Assembly: GCA_000004985.1 (NCBI GenBank)
Contig: GG738884.1
Origin: Naegleria gruberi
Lineage: Eukaryota
DNA length: 64,000 bases
Direction: 5' to 3' (one strand)
The notes under the pieces were generated by a model that was not told where the DNA came from, ran no database searches, and saw only the letters and a program-made list of their open reading frames with translations. This document shows, one piece after another, positions 11,401 through 21,264 of the stretch; position 1 is the first letter of the stretch; each line of letters opens with the position of its first letter. The position numbers and the translations under genes are program-made.

Positions 11401-13587
11401 ATGTTGCTGAGGAGTAGCAAGCGATGATCTGAGAATACTTTCTCTCTTCAGTTGAGGATTGTTTTCAACGCCATCCATTCTTTGAGATCCAAGATCAAAT
11501 TCCGAGGCTCTTTCGAATGGTTCATCTGGATCATCAAATTCATTAAAATCAGCTGTTGAAGCAATATTATTACCCTTCTTGATACCAAATGAGAAGGTTT
11601 TACCTCCTGCTTCAGAGAATTTGGTCGAAGATGGAGGTGGATTGTCATCAAATGAAAAGTTTGGAACTATACGATTCTTCTTACTAGCTCCCTTTTTCAA
11701 ATTTGGTCTGAACTTCATTTTGGCTTCTTCATCTTCAATAGCCATAGCTTCTTGGAAGAGCTCTTGAGCAAATTCCTTATTGAATTTGAATTTTTCCACA
11801 TAAGATGCATAGTAACGAAGGACAGTCTTGTTATTTCTATGCTTGGCTATCAAATTTTGGAATGTTGATTCACACTCTGACATTAATTCGGAAGCTCTAG
11901 TGTTGGTTTGCTCAATCTTGTCAAAATTGATGATATCATTGGTCATTTCCTTCCAAAAAGCTCTGTGCAATGCTGCTAATTCGGACTGATTCTTCTCCAT
12001 TCTTTGCAAGAAGAATTTCAATTCGTATGGATTAGAGTTGTCAATCATTTCAAATTCCTTTTCTCTTTCAGAAATTAAGAATTTGTATAAAAAGTTTGGC
12101 TTTGCTTTCAGGGCCTTCTTTAAAAGTGATGAGGCAAAGACTTGAGCATTGACTTCATTCTTCCAATAGTAGGAAACAATTAAACTGCATGTAAGCAAGA
12201 GTCGAGAATCATTAAAGCTCTTTTGTAAAGATGCACCCTTAATAAGACTGAGAGCAATTTCTGGATCTGTAATGTCATCACCCTCTGTTCTATTCTTTGA
12301 TTTAAGAGAAAATTTAAAGAAGAGATTCAACTGTTTCAATCTATTATCTTCTTCAAATTCTTGATAGACAAGCTGAGCCTCCTTTTCCAGCATTTTAAGT
12401 GGAAGCTTTTCAGCATCAGCGTTTCCATCATTGCTTCTTCTGAGAATAGAGGATAATGCCTCAGCACGACGAATACTCACCATGAATCTACCTCTGACCT
12501 TTCTATAAATTACCGTCATGTATATTTCCAATCCTGCCATTCCCACCAAGAAACCAGTCATGATCAAACCCAAGGTAAGACCTGCGCCGAGACCAATACC
12601 CAATATGGAATTATCATCTGAATTGACTATTGAAGTTATTAATGCACCAATGGCTGCTCCCAATCTAGCCCCTGCAACACCAAAAACAAAAGAATTTTCA
12701 GTCTTTCTATAGAATGGTAAAAAGTAAAAAATCAAGACCATGAATACAAGTGTGATAGTGATATGTATCACAGATCTAATGTAGGCATATTGCTGAGGTA
12801 CCACATACATTAGCATTAATTGAAGTGGATTAGCAACAGACAAAAAACCCATTGGTATATTATTATCACCAATAAAGTAGCCTCCCTTAGTTTGTTCGGA
12901 TTCTTGTGAAATCATAATTGATAAAAAGTTCAAAATAAGCATTGGTATAAAGGCTATAATCATCAAGACAATGAGGACAATATTACCTGACATGACACAT
13001 GGTGTGGTATTAAATCTCGAGAGAACATAAATCTGTTCATCATAATTACTAATTGTGTGTAAAGCACTTGTATCACAATCAATAAAGGATGTAAATATAA
13101 AAGTCATTATCATACTAAGAACTTGAATAATATTTCCTAGTGTGGTGGCAGCCTTCTTGTAACGATCTAATTGTTTGCTAGATCGAAAGATTGCATGTAA
13201 GGCAAGGAAGAAACTCACCACTCCACAAGCTATTAACAAAAAGCTTGCTGCTCCAAGTGCTGCAATAGCACCAAAAGGTAAAAGGTGGAATGAAAGTGTT
13301 ATTGGATAATTAATAACTGTGAATAACCATTCTCCATATTCTCCCCAATTATAAGAACCTAGTGTTGGAAGAAATATAGAGACCCAAAATATGTACAAGT
13401 AGTATATTATAGACAGAGTTTTCCTTTTCCATCCATATTGCTTAACTTCGGATGATTCCATCGAAATCACAAACTTTGTAAAGCCCTCCTGTATCTTTAA
13501 CCATACTGATGCATAGAGTGAGGAACCTCCAGATGACTCTGATGAAACATTTGAACCTAGGGCAGAACCTTCATGATTTTGGTCCAT
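8401..13587 (-). CDS. Multi-pass membrane class III adenylyl cyclase with a PAS domain and a single C-terminal cyclase homology domain (1728 aa)
   Basis: Single uninterrupted ORF. There are hydrophobic TM clusters in the N-terminal ~400 aa and again at ~aa 700-1150. A PAS-like segment (AAVDGAVLCSHRGDIEIFNPAAQRMFG...) lies at about nt 9360-9720. The cyclase domain at about nt 8640-9240 carries both metal Asp (FFSDMVGFT, IGDAYF), transition-state N/R (GINTG...ASRMES) and substrate-specifying Lys (EKIKTIGD) and Asp (YDLWGD), giving ATP specificity in a homodimer-type cyclase homology domain. Confidence 0.9.
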   Translation of the reverse strand: MDQNHEGSALGSNVSSESSGGSSLYASVWLKIQEGFTKFVISMESSEVKQYGWKRKTLSIIYYLYIFWVSIFLPTLGSYNWGEYGEWLFTVINYPITLSFHLLPFGAIAALGAASFLLIACGVVSFFLALHAIFRSSKQLDRYKKAATTLGNIIQVLSMIMTFIFTSFIDCDTSALHTISNYDEQIYVLSRFNTTPCVMSGNIVLIVLMIIAFIPMLILNFLSIMISQESEQTKGGYFIGDNNIPMGFLSVANPLQLMLMYVVPQQYAYIRSVIHITITLVFMVLIFYFLPFYRKTENSFVFGVAGARLGAAIGALITSIVNSDDNSILGIGLGAGLTLGLIMTGFLVGMAGLEIYMTVIYRKVRGRFMVSIRRAEALSSILRRSNDGNADAEKLPLKMLEKEAQLVYQEFEEDNRLKQLNLFFKFSLKSKNRTEGDDITDPEIALSLIKGASLQKSFNDSRLLLTCSLIVSYYWKNEVNAQVFASSLLKKALKAKPNFLYKFLISEREKEFEMIDNSNPYELKFFLQRMEKNQSELAALHRAFWKEMTNDIINFDKIEQTNTRASELMSECESTFQNLIAKHRNNKTVLRYYASYVEKFKFNKEFAQELFQEAMAIEDEEAKMKFRPNLKKGASKKNRIVPNFSFDDNPPPSSTKFSEAGGKTFSFGIKKGNNIASTADFNEFDDPDEPFERASEFDLGSQRMDGVENNPQLKRESILRSSLATPQQHNVQLLSFLIFVIASFLLLASGIIWDSVISSLVLSDIKAVQSACKPRMVPLLALRDIRLQQTYLNLYKNSPSENLKLLHTLDMSSTEEFIAKLKGKLSKAKQFIDDLRVMGQKGLFTPEMYSDYISVSRQIVVPNVENPNDLGIFNNTNPSNVSISQMVYSMMKHIEYFEGLSPNEYNSTLSSYPFMFLWLNQDAFQGAFDVFCQSFISRTQQKTEVLDQSFFIYFLASNSLYGVLTIVYVVYVTISFSSLKTFVKLLEKNVPKDVIGKIYHNLGKQSEVDDASIQLPKRILKPYMSAALIGLCIVGVTILCSGMFYMESSFNTISTHRTMLNIKEATTALSSIQRTTFNVGELFNYISLPSGLAINDPQLSKEGSDVISYKTEMKTLTTNLVSSWNNLAYGNVEDNKLPSVGISTKIDSMVQDTNCTSNSTIYSCKGLEHLIEIYAQLSSENTADIFAMKSATFKLFSNQVQTYVLADALTDRLLVFLDTLISVFSVTSVSYVIAFSLVGAVLLLVFSFALYNIFDSHWNNVFHVRIMFNYIPLDLMDSEETMRNFIMYHTLPSRITMFKNRETKENAKNDDSKVKNILNAAVDGAVLCSHRGDIEIFNPAAQRMFGCKQTDFVGLPLFNLFDSSNRDTLGKVIDDLIKASKDNTNADAQGETIEVECIRKNNTKFPAKINLFSTLFDNKPVVTCFIKDVTSEKKQNALLAEEKKKSENLLRSILPEAVANRLKSGETFIAEKFNDITCFFSDMVGFTSISSCLTPTEIVMMLNSVVNGFDSLTDKYQLEKIKTIGDAYFCVGGIGNTQSDHPERTLRFAMDIFAVLRNYNLENRQALGHQINVRVGINTGGVVAGVIGTKKFAYDLWGDTINMASRMESTSLGGRIHCSRSTYERVYDLGFEFEERMVEVKGKGLCTTYMMKAHHHACAVVSEDEVAGHVVSQDDPQQNSNNNSNHNIHNTEKQSYPDSNLSKDSDQLEYQYISKNNNSSNNVGGGTN

Positions 13588-14234
13588 TTTGTTATTATTG
13601 TTGTTATGTGAGTGATGTGGTTTTGAATTTGTGTGTGTTCAGTTATTGTATGAAGAGCCAATCTACAAACAATATATTAACCAACGTTGTTGTGTTTATC
13701 CGTTATGATGTTTGTAGATGTTTATAATGTCGTTCTTTTTAAATAAATATTAAGGCAGTTTCGAGAATGGAAATATTTTCATCCCACCCGATGTAATATT
13801 TACGATTATCCCTTTTTAATCCATAAGAAGCTACTTACATCTGGACTAGATTGATGACTATTACGTTTTCAAAAAACAATAAAACTCGAACTAGAGGAGA
13901 GGTTGAAATTCCTTAATGTTTGCTGTTGAGAATTTTCTCTCCGTTTTATATTGTTTTTTAACTTTCCCTATATTATTGACTGAAAAATACAATTTGATGA
14001 TTTTCCTTATTGTTCTTCTTCTGTATGATGATAAAACAATAATAATGTGAGATGTTGCTCTTATGGTGTGATGAGTGTTTTTTAACGCTTTGGTTTTGGC
14101 AAGTTTGGCGCGCATACAATTATTCTCACCACCACCAGTTTGCATTCTCGAATTGTATTGAATTTGCCCTTACTTGTTCTTGGTGATTTGGTCTCAATCT
14201 CACAACATTACTGTTTGAGGATGCTTAGAGGCAA

Positions 14235-14260
14235 GTTACTGCCAAGGAACAAGCAGTAAC
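14235..14260. repeat. Perfect 8-bp inverted repeat GTTACTGC-N10-GCAGTAAC within a long divergent intergenic region
   Basis: Read directly from the sequence: gttactgccaaggaacaagcagtaac. It sits in a locally GC-richer patch (14160..14600) of the 1.8-kb gene-free region. Confidence 0.5.
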
Positions 14261-15383
14261 ATTACCTTTTGGAAAGGTCTGAATGCAGTTAAGTGTTGGT
14301 TTGGGAAATTTGAAACAACTTTTTCAAATTCCAAGCAACGAACTGTGGCATAATTATGTACTTATGGAGGGGTTAGTTGGGCGAGCGTGGAAGTTTAAGG
14401 AACATTAAGCAGCTTACCAGTCGTAAGTATTGAAAGAAAATTGGAATCAAGCAATACATATTTCTAAAGAAATATGCTTGTATAGCTTGCTTAATTGCAT
14501 TGAGCTATTTAAGAACAGAGTAAGTGCACTTCCCCATACCGGAGTGGTTGAACATTTTCAGTAGTCATTCGCTCAACAAAGCCAATGAGCCAATGAGCAC
14601 TGTAAAGAAACTGAACTAGGTGATGAAAATTCCTTCTTTATACAATACTACGTTTTGGTTTAATCATTTCCGTTTAAAGAGTTTCTTTTTCCAATTGAGT
14701 AATGTCATTTGGAGCAACTTCAAATGATTTGTTACAATACATTTAACTACAGCCAAACCCAATTTGTGAAAGGCTAATAGACCAATCACCTCTTTATTGA
14801 TTTTTTTATCAATTTCCTTTCCTGGTTATCACCTTTTTTGATAGAAGTCAATTGCAAAATCTGATTTCAAAGCCACAAACTGTAATGTTTCCTTAAAGGC
14901 ATCACCTACCATAAGGTTCTCGTTTTGTTATCAGCAATATTCCACAACTGTTCCAATTGTGGAATTATTGCTGGTAACTATCAAGGGTCTTTTCTCGTAC
15001 AGTTTTATTTTGTCATCCGATTACCGAACAGAATCTGTTGCAGCATCCACAATTTAAATCACACCTGAATTTTCACACACAACCCAAGAAATTTGAGAAA
15101 CTCAAAAAAACATTGCCTGCTTCCGTGCACATCCATCATCATTGTTCTTGATTCAGGTTTTCTTCGGAATTAGTTTTCACATCAAAGAGTTGACGTAAAA
15201 ACCACTCTGAGGTATAAACAGTGATGTAACAAGACCAATACAAGAAGAGAGAACTCCATCATAGTATTGATTATATAAAACAAAAGGAATAATAGAACAC
15301 TTTCTATTCTCAATCTAACTCTTAATTGCCACACTCACAGTACTTAGACTTGTAGATATAACTGTTAATTTTCAAACCTCTCT

Positions 15384-16721
15384 ATGAAAGTAATTGTTGA
15401 AAATAATATTAAGGAAGGAATGAATCAATTAATGAACAGAAACAAGAGAACCGAGCCATCCCTACTGTTGATGACTGAAGATTCAAGCAGTGATCATCTA
15501 ACCATTAATGAATCATCCCCAATTAAATCACTAAATTCAGAACCATCATCATTCTCGGAAGGTTTTTATCATACATCCCTAATCACTACCACATCAGAAG
15601 AAACAAACCAATTGAATCATCAATACTCAATGCTTGATAATGCCAGAGATGAGGGTAACAATAATAATAAGGACAATTATATGAGTGTCATTGAGGAAGA
15701 AATATTTCCTGAAGAGTCACCAACAATTTTGGGCCCTACACCTCTCAATAATACCAACCCACAAATCGTCCATCTTAATACTTCACTCCCTAAGAATGGA
15801 TATCCTCTCTATAATTTAGCTCCATCCCTTCCTAGAATGAGCAATGTAAATTCTGTAAATAACCAAAATAGCAAACAAACTGAGAAGAATCAATTAAGAA
15901 TGAGGGCTGCCCTTAATGGACATGTTATATTCTCTCATCATCCAAAAGAATTGGGAGAATTTTATCATGTGGAGTGGTGGTATTATTTGAGTACTTTTGA
16001 TCATACCATGATTCCATTCTTTAAACATTCACAGGATGGTGATACTTCTATAGTTCAGATTGGGAATGCAATTCATTGTAGAGATTATCAATTGAAATTG
16101 GTCAGTCAATGTAAGGATTTATCATGTGATGATTTGTCTCACTTTTGGTCAACTTATTATTTTGATAATCAACATCGAATTCTTACTCAAAGTCCAGTAT
16201 CCATTTCAATGAGTCCCTTGTATCATAATGCGCCATCCAAGTCAGTTCAAGGAGGAGGTCATGATAATTCCATGATTGTCGATGAAGAATCTCTTTCAGA
16301 ATTTGACACCATCTCACAAGATGAAATTCATTCCATAAACTATGAACAATGGATTGAAACCAAGCATAATCATGAAGAACCTCAAATGGATGACAATTTT
16401 GAACAAGATGAATTCTTCCCATCTCACAATGATGAAGATTATATGGCAGATATTAGTAACATGTCAAATTCTTTCCACAAAAATGACACTTCTCATCAAG
16501 ATGAGATAGCCCACATCGCAGACTCAAGAATACAAGATACTCATCCATCCCATTCTGCAAAAGAACAAGACGAAGACAAGCAAGAAGCAATTTCCACAAC
16601 CTCCTCAAGAACAGATGAAGAAATTATGCTCTCTCTTGATCAATTCATTGAATCTTCCTCTTATCACATCAATGAACAATTCAAAATCATTTCAAGAGAA
16701 TTTTCACGAATTTTCTTCTAA
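15384..16721 (+). CDS. Hypothetical protein, 445 aa, with low-complexity N- and C-termini
   Basis: ORF starting with ATG at 15384. It has S/N/D/E-rich tracts and a central region (HVEWWYYLSTFDH...CRDYQLKLVSQCKDLSCDDLSHFW) with no recognisable domain. Confidence 0.5.
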   Translation: MKVIVENNIKEGMNQLMNRNKRTEPSLLLMTEDSSSDHLTINESSPIKSLNSEPSSFSEGFYHTSLITTTSEETNQLNHQYSMLDNARDEGNNNNKDNYMSVIEEEIFPEESPTILGPTPLNNTNPQIVHLNTSLPKNGYPLYNLAPSLPRMSNVNSVNNQNSKQTEKNQLRMRAALNGHVIFSHHPKELGEFYHVEWWYYLSTFDHTMIPFFKHSQDGDTSIVQIGNAIHCRDYQLKLVSQCKDLSCDDLSHFWSTYYFDNQHRILTQSPVSISMSPLYHNAPSKSVQGGGHDNSMIVDEESLSEFDTISQDEIHSINYEQWIETKHNHEEPQMDDNFEQDEFFPSHNDEDYMADISNMSNSFHKNDTSHQDEIAHIADSRIQDTHPSHSAKEQDEDKQEAISTTSSRTDEEIMLSLDQFIESSSYHINEQFKIISREFSRIFF

Positions 16722-16799
16722 TAAACTCTTTTTAATTTTAAGTGCATACAAATCTAGGAGAATTGTTTGTTGTAATTTGAATATTTGAAACTTGTCTTT

Positions 16800-17381
16800 A
16801 TGGAAATTTCTAAAATGATTACAATCAAAAAAATGGCGCAACTGCTCGGCAATTATCACCTCAGCAATAATAGGCTTATGGTTCTTGTTGGAATTTTAAT
16901 GGCTTTTATATTGTTGATGATGATGAATAATTGTGTTATAGGTGGAATTGTCTCGGATGAAAAACATTCCGATGATGATCATCAGGAAGGGATGAAAATA
17001 GGAAGAACAAATAAGTGGATGAATAGAGCAGTGATGGCCTCTACGAATCAAACTGTTGCCAATAGCACAAACCCTATTGTTATTGATAATACTCTGCAAT
17101 ATTATTCATTGATACCAATCTTGTTGATGGGAGTGGTTGGATTGATAGTCTTTTGTGTTACGACAATTTCTACTATTATCTATTGTTGGAAGGAGTTTCA
17201 TGTCAAGAGGAAACAAGAACAGGATGGATTATCGGGTGCTAAAGAGGACATTATGGATAAACATTCAAATTTTAACAAGTTGAACACTAAATTAATTAAT
17301 AATAATGAAGATGATCAGAACGAGGAATCATTCACTAGAATTAGAAGACCTCACAGACCTAGCATTACAGAAGACGTTTAA
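16800..17381 (+). CDS. Small type I/bitopic membrane protein (hypothetical)
   Basis: First ATG of ORF 16785..17381 is at 16800. There is an N-terminal signal/anchor (LMVLVGILMAFILLMMM) and a second TM segment (LIPILLMGVVGLIVFCVTTISTIIY) before a charged tail. Confidence 0.4.
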   Translation: MEISKMITIKKMAQLLGNYHLSNNRLMVLVGILMAFILLMMMNNCVIGGIVSDEKHSDDDHQEGMKIGRTNKWMNRAVMASTNQTVANSTNPIVIDNTLQYYSLIPILLMGVVGLIVFCVTTISTIIYCWKEFHVKRKQEQDGLSGAKEDIMDKHSNFNKLNTKLINNNEDDQNEESFTRIRRPHRPSITEDV

Positions 17382-17610
17382 TTATTTTCATTATTGTTTA
17401 TTTCAATTGGCACTTCACAGTGAGTGCTAAAGAAGAACTTTGTACATTATAGATGATCTTCCATAATCGTCTGTTCATGTATTGAACTTGATTAGTCAAT
17501 TATTATACTCTAATTGATATCACGGTAATCAATGATTGAAATTGATCTCCTTAGTAAAATGTCGGCGAGAAAGAATCAAGTAGTTGAATTGATTGGAAGG
17601 CGAATTTGAT

Positions 17611-19683
17611 TTATTGAACAGAACATCCCGTTTGTTGAGATTGGGCAATTTGCCTACAGATTGACAATAAAACTCTTAATCTTTCCTTAGTATTGGTAAT
17701 TGAAAGCAAGTCAAGTTTGAGTTGTGTTGTGAGAGGAAGCATGGCACTCACCCAAAAACTCAACTTTTCTGGTTCGTTTTCCTTTGGGAATGGTCCAATC
17801 TTTTGGAGAATGGCTTGCTTGGTTTCGTCACCAACTTCCATCATGAAAGTCTCAACCATCATGTAGAGTTGGTCATGTAATTGTTGGAGAGACAATCTCT
17901 CTGCTTGACGCCACACATTGGTTTGCAATTCAGCCAATGATGCAAAGGAGGTGAGGGGAATATTAGAACTAGCACCTGAATTGAGTGTTTCAGATTGTTG
18001 CTGCTGGCCATTGTTACCATTATTAGTAGTACTATTATTCGAGGATGAGCTCACAACAGCAGAAATAGTATCCCTATTTCTTTGAGAATTCTCAATGACA
18101 GATATTTCATTTTCAGTCTTATCTTTGAGAATTTGAACTTTGGCACAAATATATCCATCAGTGTCCCACTTTTCCAGAATTTTGAATCGTTCAGTACCAA
18201 CTGTCTCAATGATACTTCTACCATCTGGCAACATTTTAAAGCTCGTAATCTTGGCAATACACCCATACTTGGCAATGTCACCATTTCTATTGGGTCCACA
18301 ACAAACCAATCCAAAGCATTTACTTCCACTCATACATCTTCTCATCATGAGTCGATATCTTGGTTCAAAAATGTGCAATGGTAGTACGGTATGTGGATAG
18401 AGTACAAAGTCTAATACAAAGATTGGAATGTGATTCACATTGAGTTGTCTTGTCCCAACCTCTTCTTCCATTTCCTTCTTTCTCTCTTCGTATTGAGCTT
18501 TACAATACTTTTGACAGAGTTCATTAATAACCACAGTAATTGGATAATCGTATGGCACCACGTGAATGGTCTGTCTACACAGTGGACACTTATCACTATA
18601 ATCGTGCACTCTACAAATGCAACTTCTATCAAACGTATGTCCACAACTCAACGTTACAGGTTCATAGAATACTCTGTAACAAAGTGGACACTCAAGCTCT
18701 TCACAATCCTCGCTGAAATCATAGACAGTATTCGTTCTCTTTCTCTCAGTAACATCTTGATCCAAGGTTGGTTCTTCTTCTTGCTGTTGGAGTTTGGCCA
18801 ATCGTTCCTGTTCCTCCCTGTACATTTTGTCTTGAATTTGTTTTTCAAGTTGAGCTACATATCTATTGGCAGTATCATTTTGTGGATCATTTTGGAAGAT
18901 TGTCTTTAAATCTCTCTCAGCTTCTTGTTCCAGTTGCATTGGTAAAAGCATTTCAACCTTTTTCAAGAGTACACTAATCAATTGTGAACGAACTGCATAA
19001 ATTGTATCATTGATTTGCCTTAATCTTTCCTGATCGTGATAGAAAGTTTGCTGGAAATTCTTAATATCATCAAAGAATTGAAACTTTAGTTTGGATTCTC
19101 GTGTTTTCTGTAATAACTGATCTTGCTGACCCATCAAATCTTCTAAATGAGTTTGAAAATTCTTTGCCTTATTAGCCAACAATGAAAGAGCCTGATGTGG
19201 TTTCCTCTCTCTCACAAAACCATTCACTCGTTCCATAAATTGTTTCATCTCCTCTGGAGTCATTACAAAAAAGAATAGTTCATTATTAGAATTCAACACT
19301 TGCTTTTCTTCTTCTTGTCCTGAATTGTTGTTGTGCTGTTGAATTTTGGCATTGTTTTCATGTTGGGAGAGACATGAATCATGAGAAACTATTGTATCAT
19401 GATTATTATTGTAATGTTGATGAGGATTTACAGAGTGTTGATGATGTTGTTGTTGATTGGTGGAGGAAGTACTATAGGAACAATTGGTTGTTGGTGAATG
19501 TTGTTGTTGTTGTTGTTGGTCTTGTTGATTGGTAGAAGTAGAATTGTTATTAGGAGAGGATGTGGAAGAATAACCTCCATGATAGGCTTGATTATTGTTG
19601 CCATCATTCGGAGAGTTGCAATGTTCTTGTTGCTGATTAAAATTCATCATGCGTTGTTGATACTGCTGATTGTTATTATTCAT
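17611..19683 (-). CDS. LONRF-type E3 ligase: Q/N-rich N-terminus, C3HC4 RING finger and LON N-terminal substrate-binding domain
   Basis: RING finger: ECPLCYRVFYEPVTLSCGHTFDRSCICRVHDYSDKCPLCRQ. LON-N domain: IPIFVLDFVLYPHTVLPLHIFEPRYRLMM...GCIAKITSF...GRSIIETVGTERFKI. The N-terminal 140 aa are poly-Q/N/H/S. Confidence 0.8.
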   Translation of the reverse strand: MNNNNQQYQQRMMNFNQQQEHCNSPNDGNNNQAYHGGYSSTSSPNNNSTSTNQQDQQQQQQHSPTTNCSYSTSSTNQQQHHQHSVNPHQHYNNNHDTIVSHDSCLSQHENNAKIQQHNNNSGQEEEKQVLNSNNELFFFVMTPEEMKQFMERVNGFVRERKPHQALSLLANKAKNFQTHLEDLMGQQDQLLQKTRESKLKFQFFDDIKNFQQTFYHDQERLRQINDTIYAVRSQLISVLLKKVEMLLPMQLEQEAERDLKTIFQNDPQNDTANRYVAQLEKQIQDKMYREEQERLAKLQQQEEEPTLDQDVTERKRTNTVYDFSEDCEELECPLCYRVFYEPVTLSCGHTFDRSCICRVHDYSDKCPLCRQTIHVVPYDYPITVVINELCQKYCKAQYEERKKEMEEEVGTRQLNVNHIPIFVLDFVLYPHTVLPLHIFEPRYRLMMRRCMSGSKCFGLVCCGPNRNGDIAKYGCIAKITSFKMLPDGRSIIETVGTERFKILEKWDTDGYICAKVQILKDKTENEISVIENSQRNRDTISAVVSSSSNNSTTNNGNNGQQQQSETLNSGASSNIPLTSFASLAELQTNVWRQAERLSLQQLHDQLYMMVETFMMEVGDETKQAILQKIGPFPKENEPEKLSFWVSAMLPLTTQLKLDLLSITNTKERLRVLLSICRQIAQSQQTGCSVQ

Positions 19684-20483
19684 TGATGATGTTAGATGAT
19701 GATGTTGATAATTATTGTTATTGTTGTTGTTGATTATTAATTGATGATTCGGAGTGATGATGATTATTCATCTTGTTTTTATATTTGGAAAAATTAATGT
19801 TGTGTTGTGATGACTTGTTTTAAAACACAACTCTAATGCGCAGAGTGCACTAACAATATACTATTATAAGAAGTTGCAAATTTTCTTCTTCTTCTTGTGT
19901 CAAGTATAATTCTTGAGGAGTAAAGTGAATTGTTATGATTGAACAAATTGAAATTCTTTTTTAGATGGTTTGCTAATTGGCTTGCAGATTTTCAAAACTG
20001 CTGAACGCACGAATCAAACATTACTTGGACTTGAAGTCCGTCAATTATAAGATAGTTATCTGAGGCAAAATGCATTGTTCAAGCATGGAGAGAGATTCTG
20101 AATAAAGGGTATCTGAAAAAATGAGAATCATATTTCTATTATTTGAGATTGAACAGAGATTTTTCCAAAAATTACTTTAACTTGGTTTGTTAGTAGTGGA
20201 ATAGTGGAAGGAGGATTACAACAAGTAAAATTACTTGGATTTTTAATGAAATTTAGAGTGATAAGTAGTGGTTGTGGTGGTTACATTATGCAGTATAATG
20301 ATTGAGTTGAAGGGCAACTTGCAGTATTGGAAGAGAAGTGTTTTGTGTTGCACAGCTGCTTGAACATTTCCTTTTTGGATCTTCAATTAGCTCAATGCAA
20401 CTTTGGTTTAGTCCTTGATTTAATCCTAATCTTTTTCTTTGTATACTTTGTTTGCTGAACAATGTTCAATTAATGGTGGTTGA

Positions 20484-21194
20484 CTAGCAATTATTTCTTG
20501 GCTTGGAATTGGGAAAAGTATCATCGATAATAGTCTTATGAAGCTCATTCGAATCATCATAAAGTAGATCCAATGGAGTGTTTCCATCAATATTGACTTC
20601 GTGTGCCATTTCTGGAAGTGCTTTGAGTAATGAAAGCAATGGAAATAGATGAATTTTGGAAAGATTATTTCCTCTTTTGCTTGCAATAATATGGAGAATA
20701 TTGTCATTTCTTTCGTTATTCTTGAAATATTTTTTGACAGCGTCTGGATATTGGCTTAGAAAATTCAGCAAATTTTCATTATAGACCCTTACAATGAGTG
20801 GAACTGAAACATCTCCATCCTGGATGAACTCTGCCAATTTTTCAATCAACTGTTGAGGTTGTGTCATCATCAACATGAGAATAATATCATCAATCCTATG
20901 ATTTTGAGATAATACCAAACCTTTGAAATTTTCTAACAAGTTTACACACTTCCAAATAACTTTCACTGACAAATTAGGGGAGAAGGTCATTGCCGAAAGT
21001 TCTTGCAGTTGATTTTCTGGATTCCATCCATAAAGAATCATACTATCATCAACTATTGATAGCGGTTCATACAATCTTCCATTTTGATATTGATTAACCA
21101 AGTAGATAATGTATTGGAAGTGTGGATCTACTTCAATTGAATTATTTCTGGGAATGAATAGAGTTTCAACAGGTACCAATAGGTCAGCAAACAT
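20484..21194 (-). CDS. Hypothetical protein with C-terminal ankyrin-like repeats. Possibly the 3' part of one larger gene with the two ORFs upstream.
   Basis: 236-aa ORF. Motifs NILHIIASKRGN...IDGNTPLDLL are ankyrin-like. It lies only 70 nt downstream of the stop of ORF 21265..22362 on the same strand. Confidence 0.4.
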   Translation of the reverse strand: MFADLLVPVETLFIPRNNSIEVDPHFQYIIYLVNQYQNGRLYEPLSIVDDSMILYGWNPENQLQELSAMTFSPNLSVKVIWKCVNLLENFKGLVLSQNHRIDDIILMLMMTQPQQLIEKLAEFIQDGDVSVPLIVRVYNENLLNFLSQYPDAVKKYFKNNERNDNILHIIASKRGNNLSKIHLFPLLSLLKALPEMAHEVNIDGNTPLDLLYDDSNELHKTIIDDTFPNSKPRNNC

Positions 21195-21264
21195 TCTTTC
21201 GAAAAGTTCCTTCTTTTTTTCAAATGGAAAAATTAATATATTGTGGAAAATGGTGGATATTTGA

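Noticed and set aside
19430-19700. Long (TTG)n/(CAA)n-type simple repeats that might be microsatellite or mobile-element tails
   Set aside because: They lie inside the LONRF ORF and encode its poly-Q/N/H N-terminus in frame, so they are coding low complexity rather than a separate element. The K/N-encoding AAG/AAT repeats at 56830..57040 in the PARG gene are the same kind of thing.
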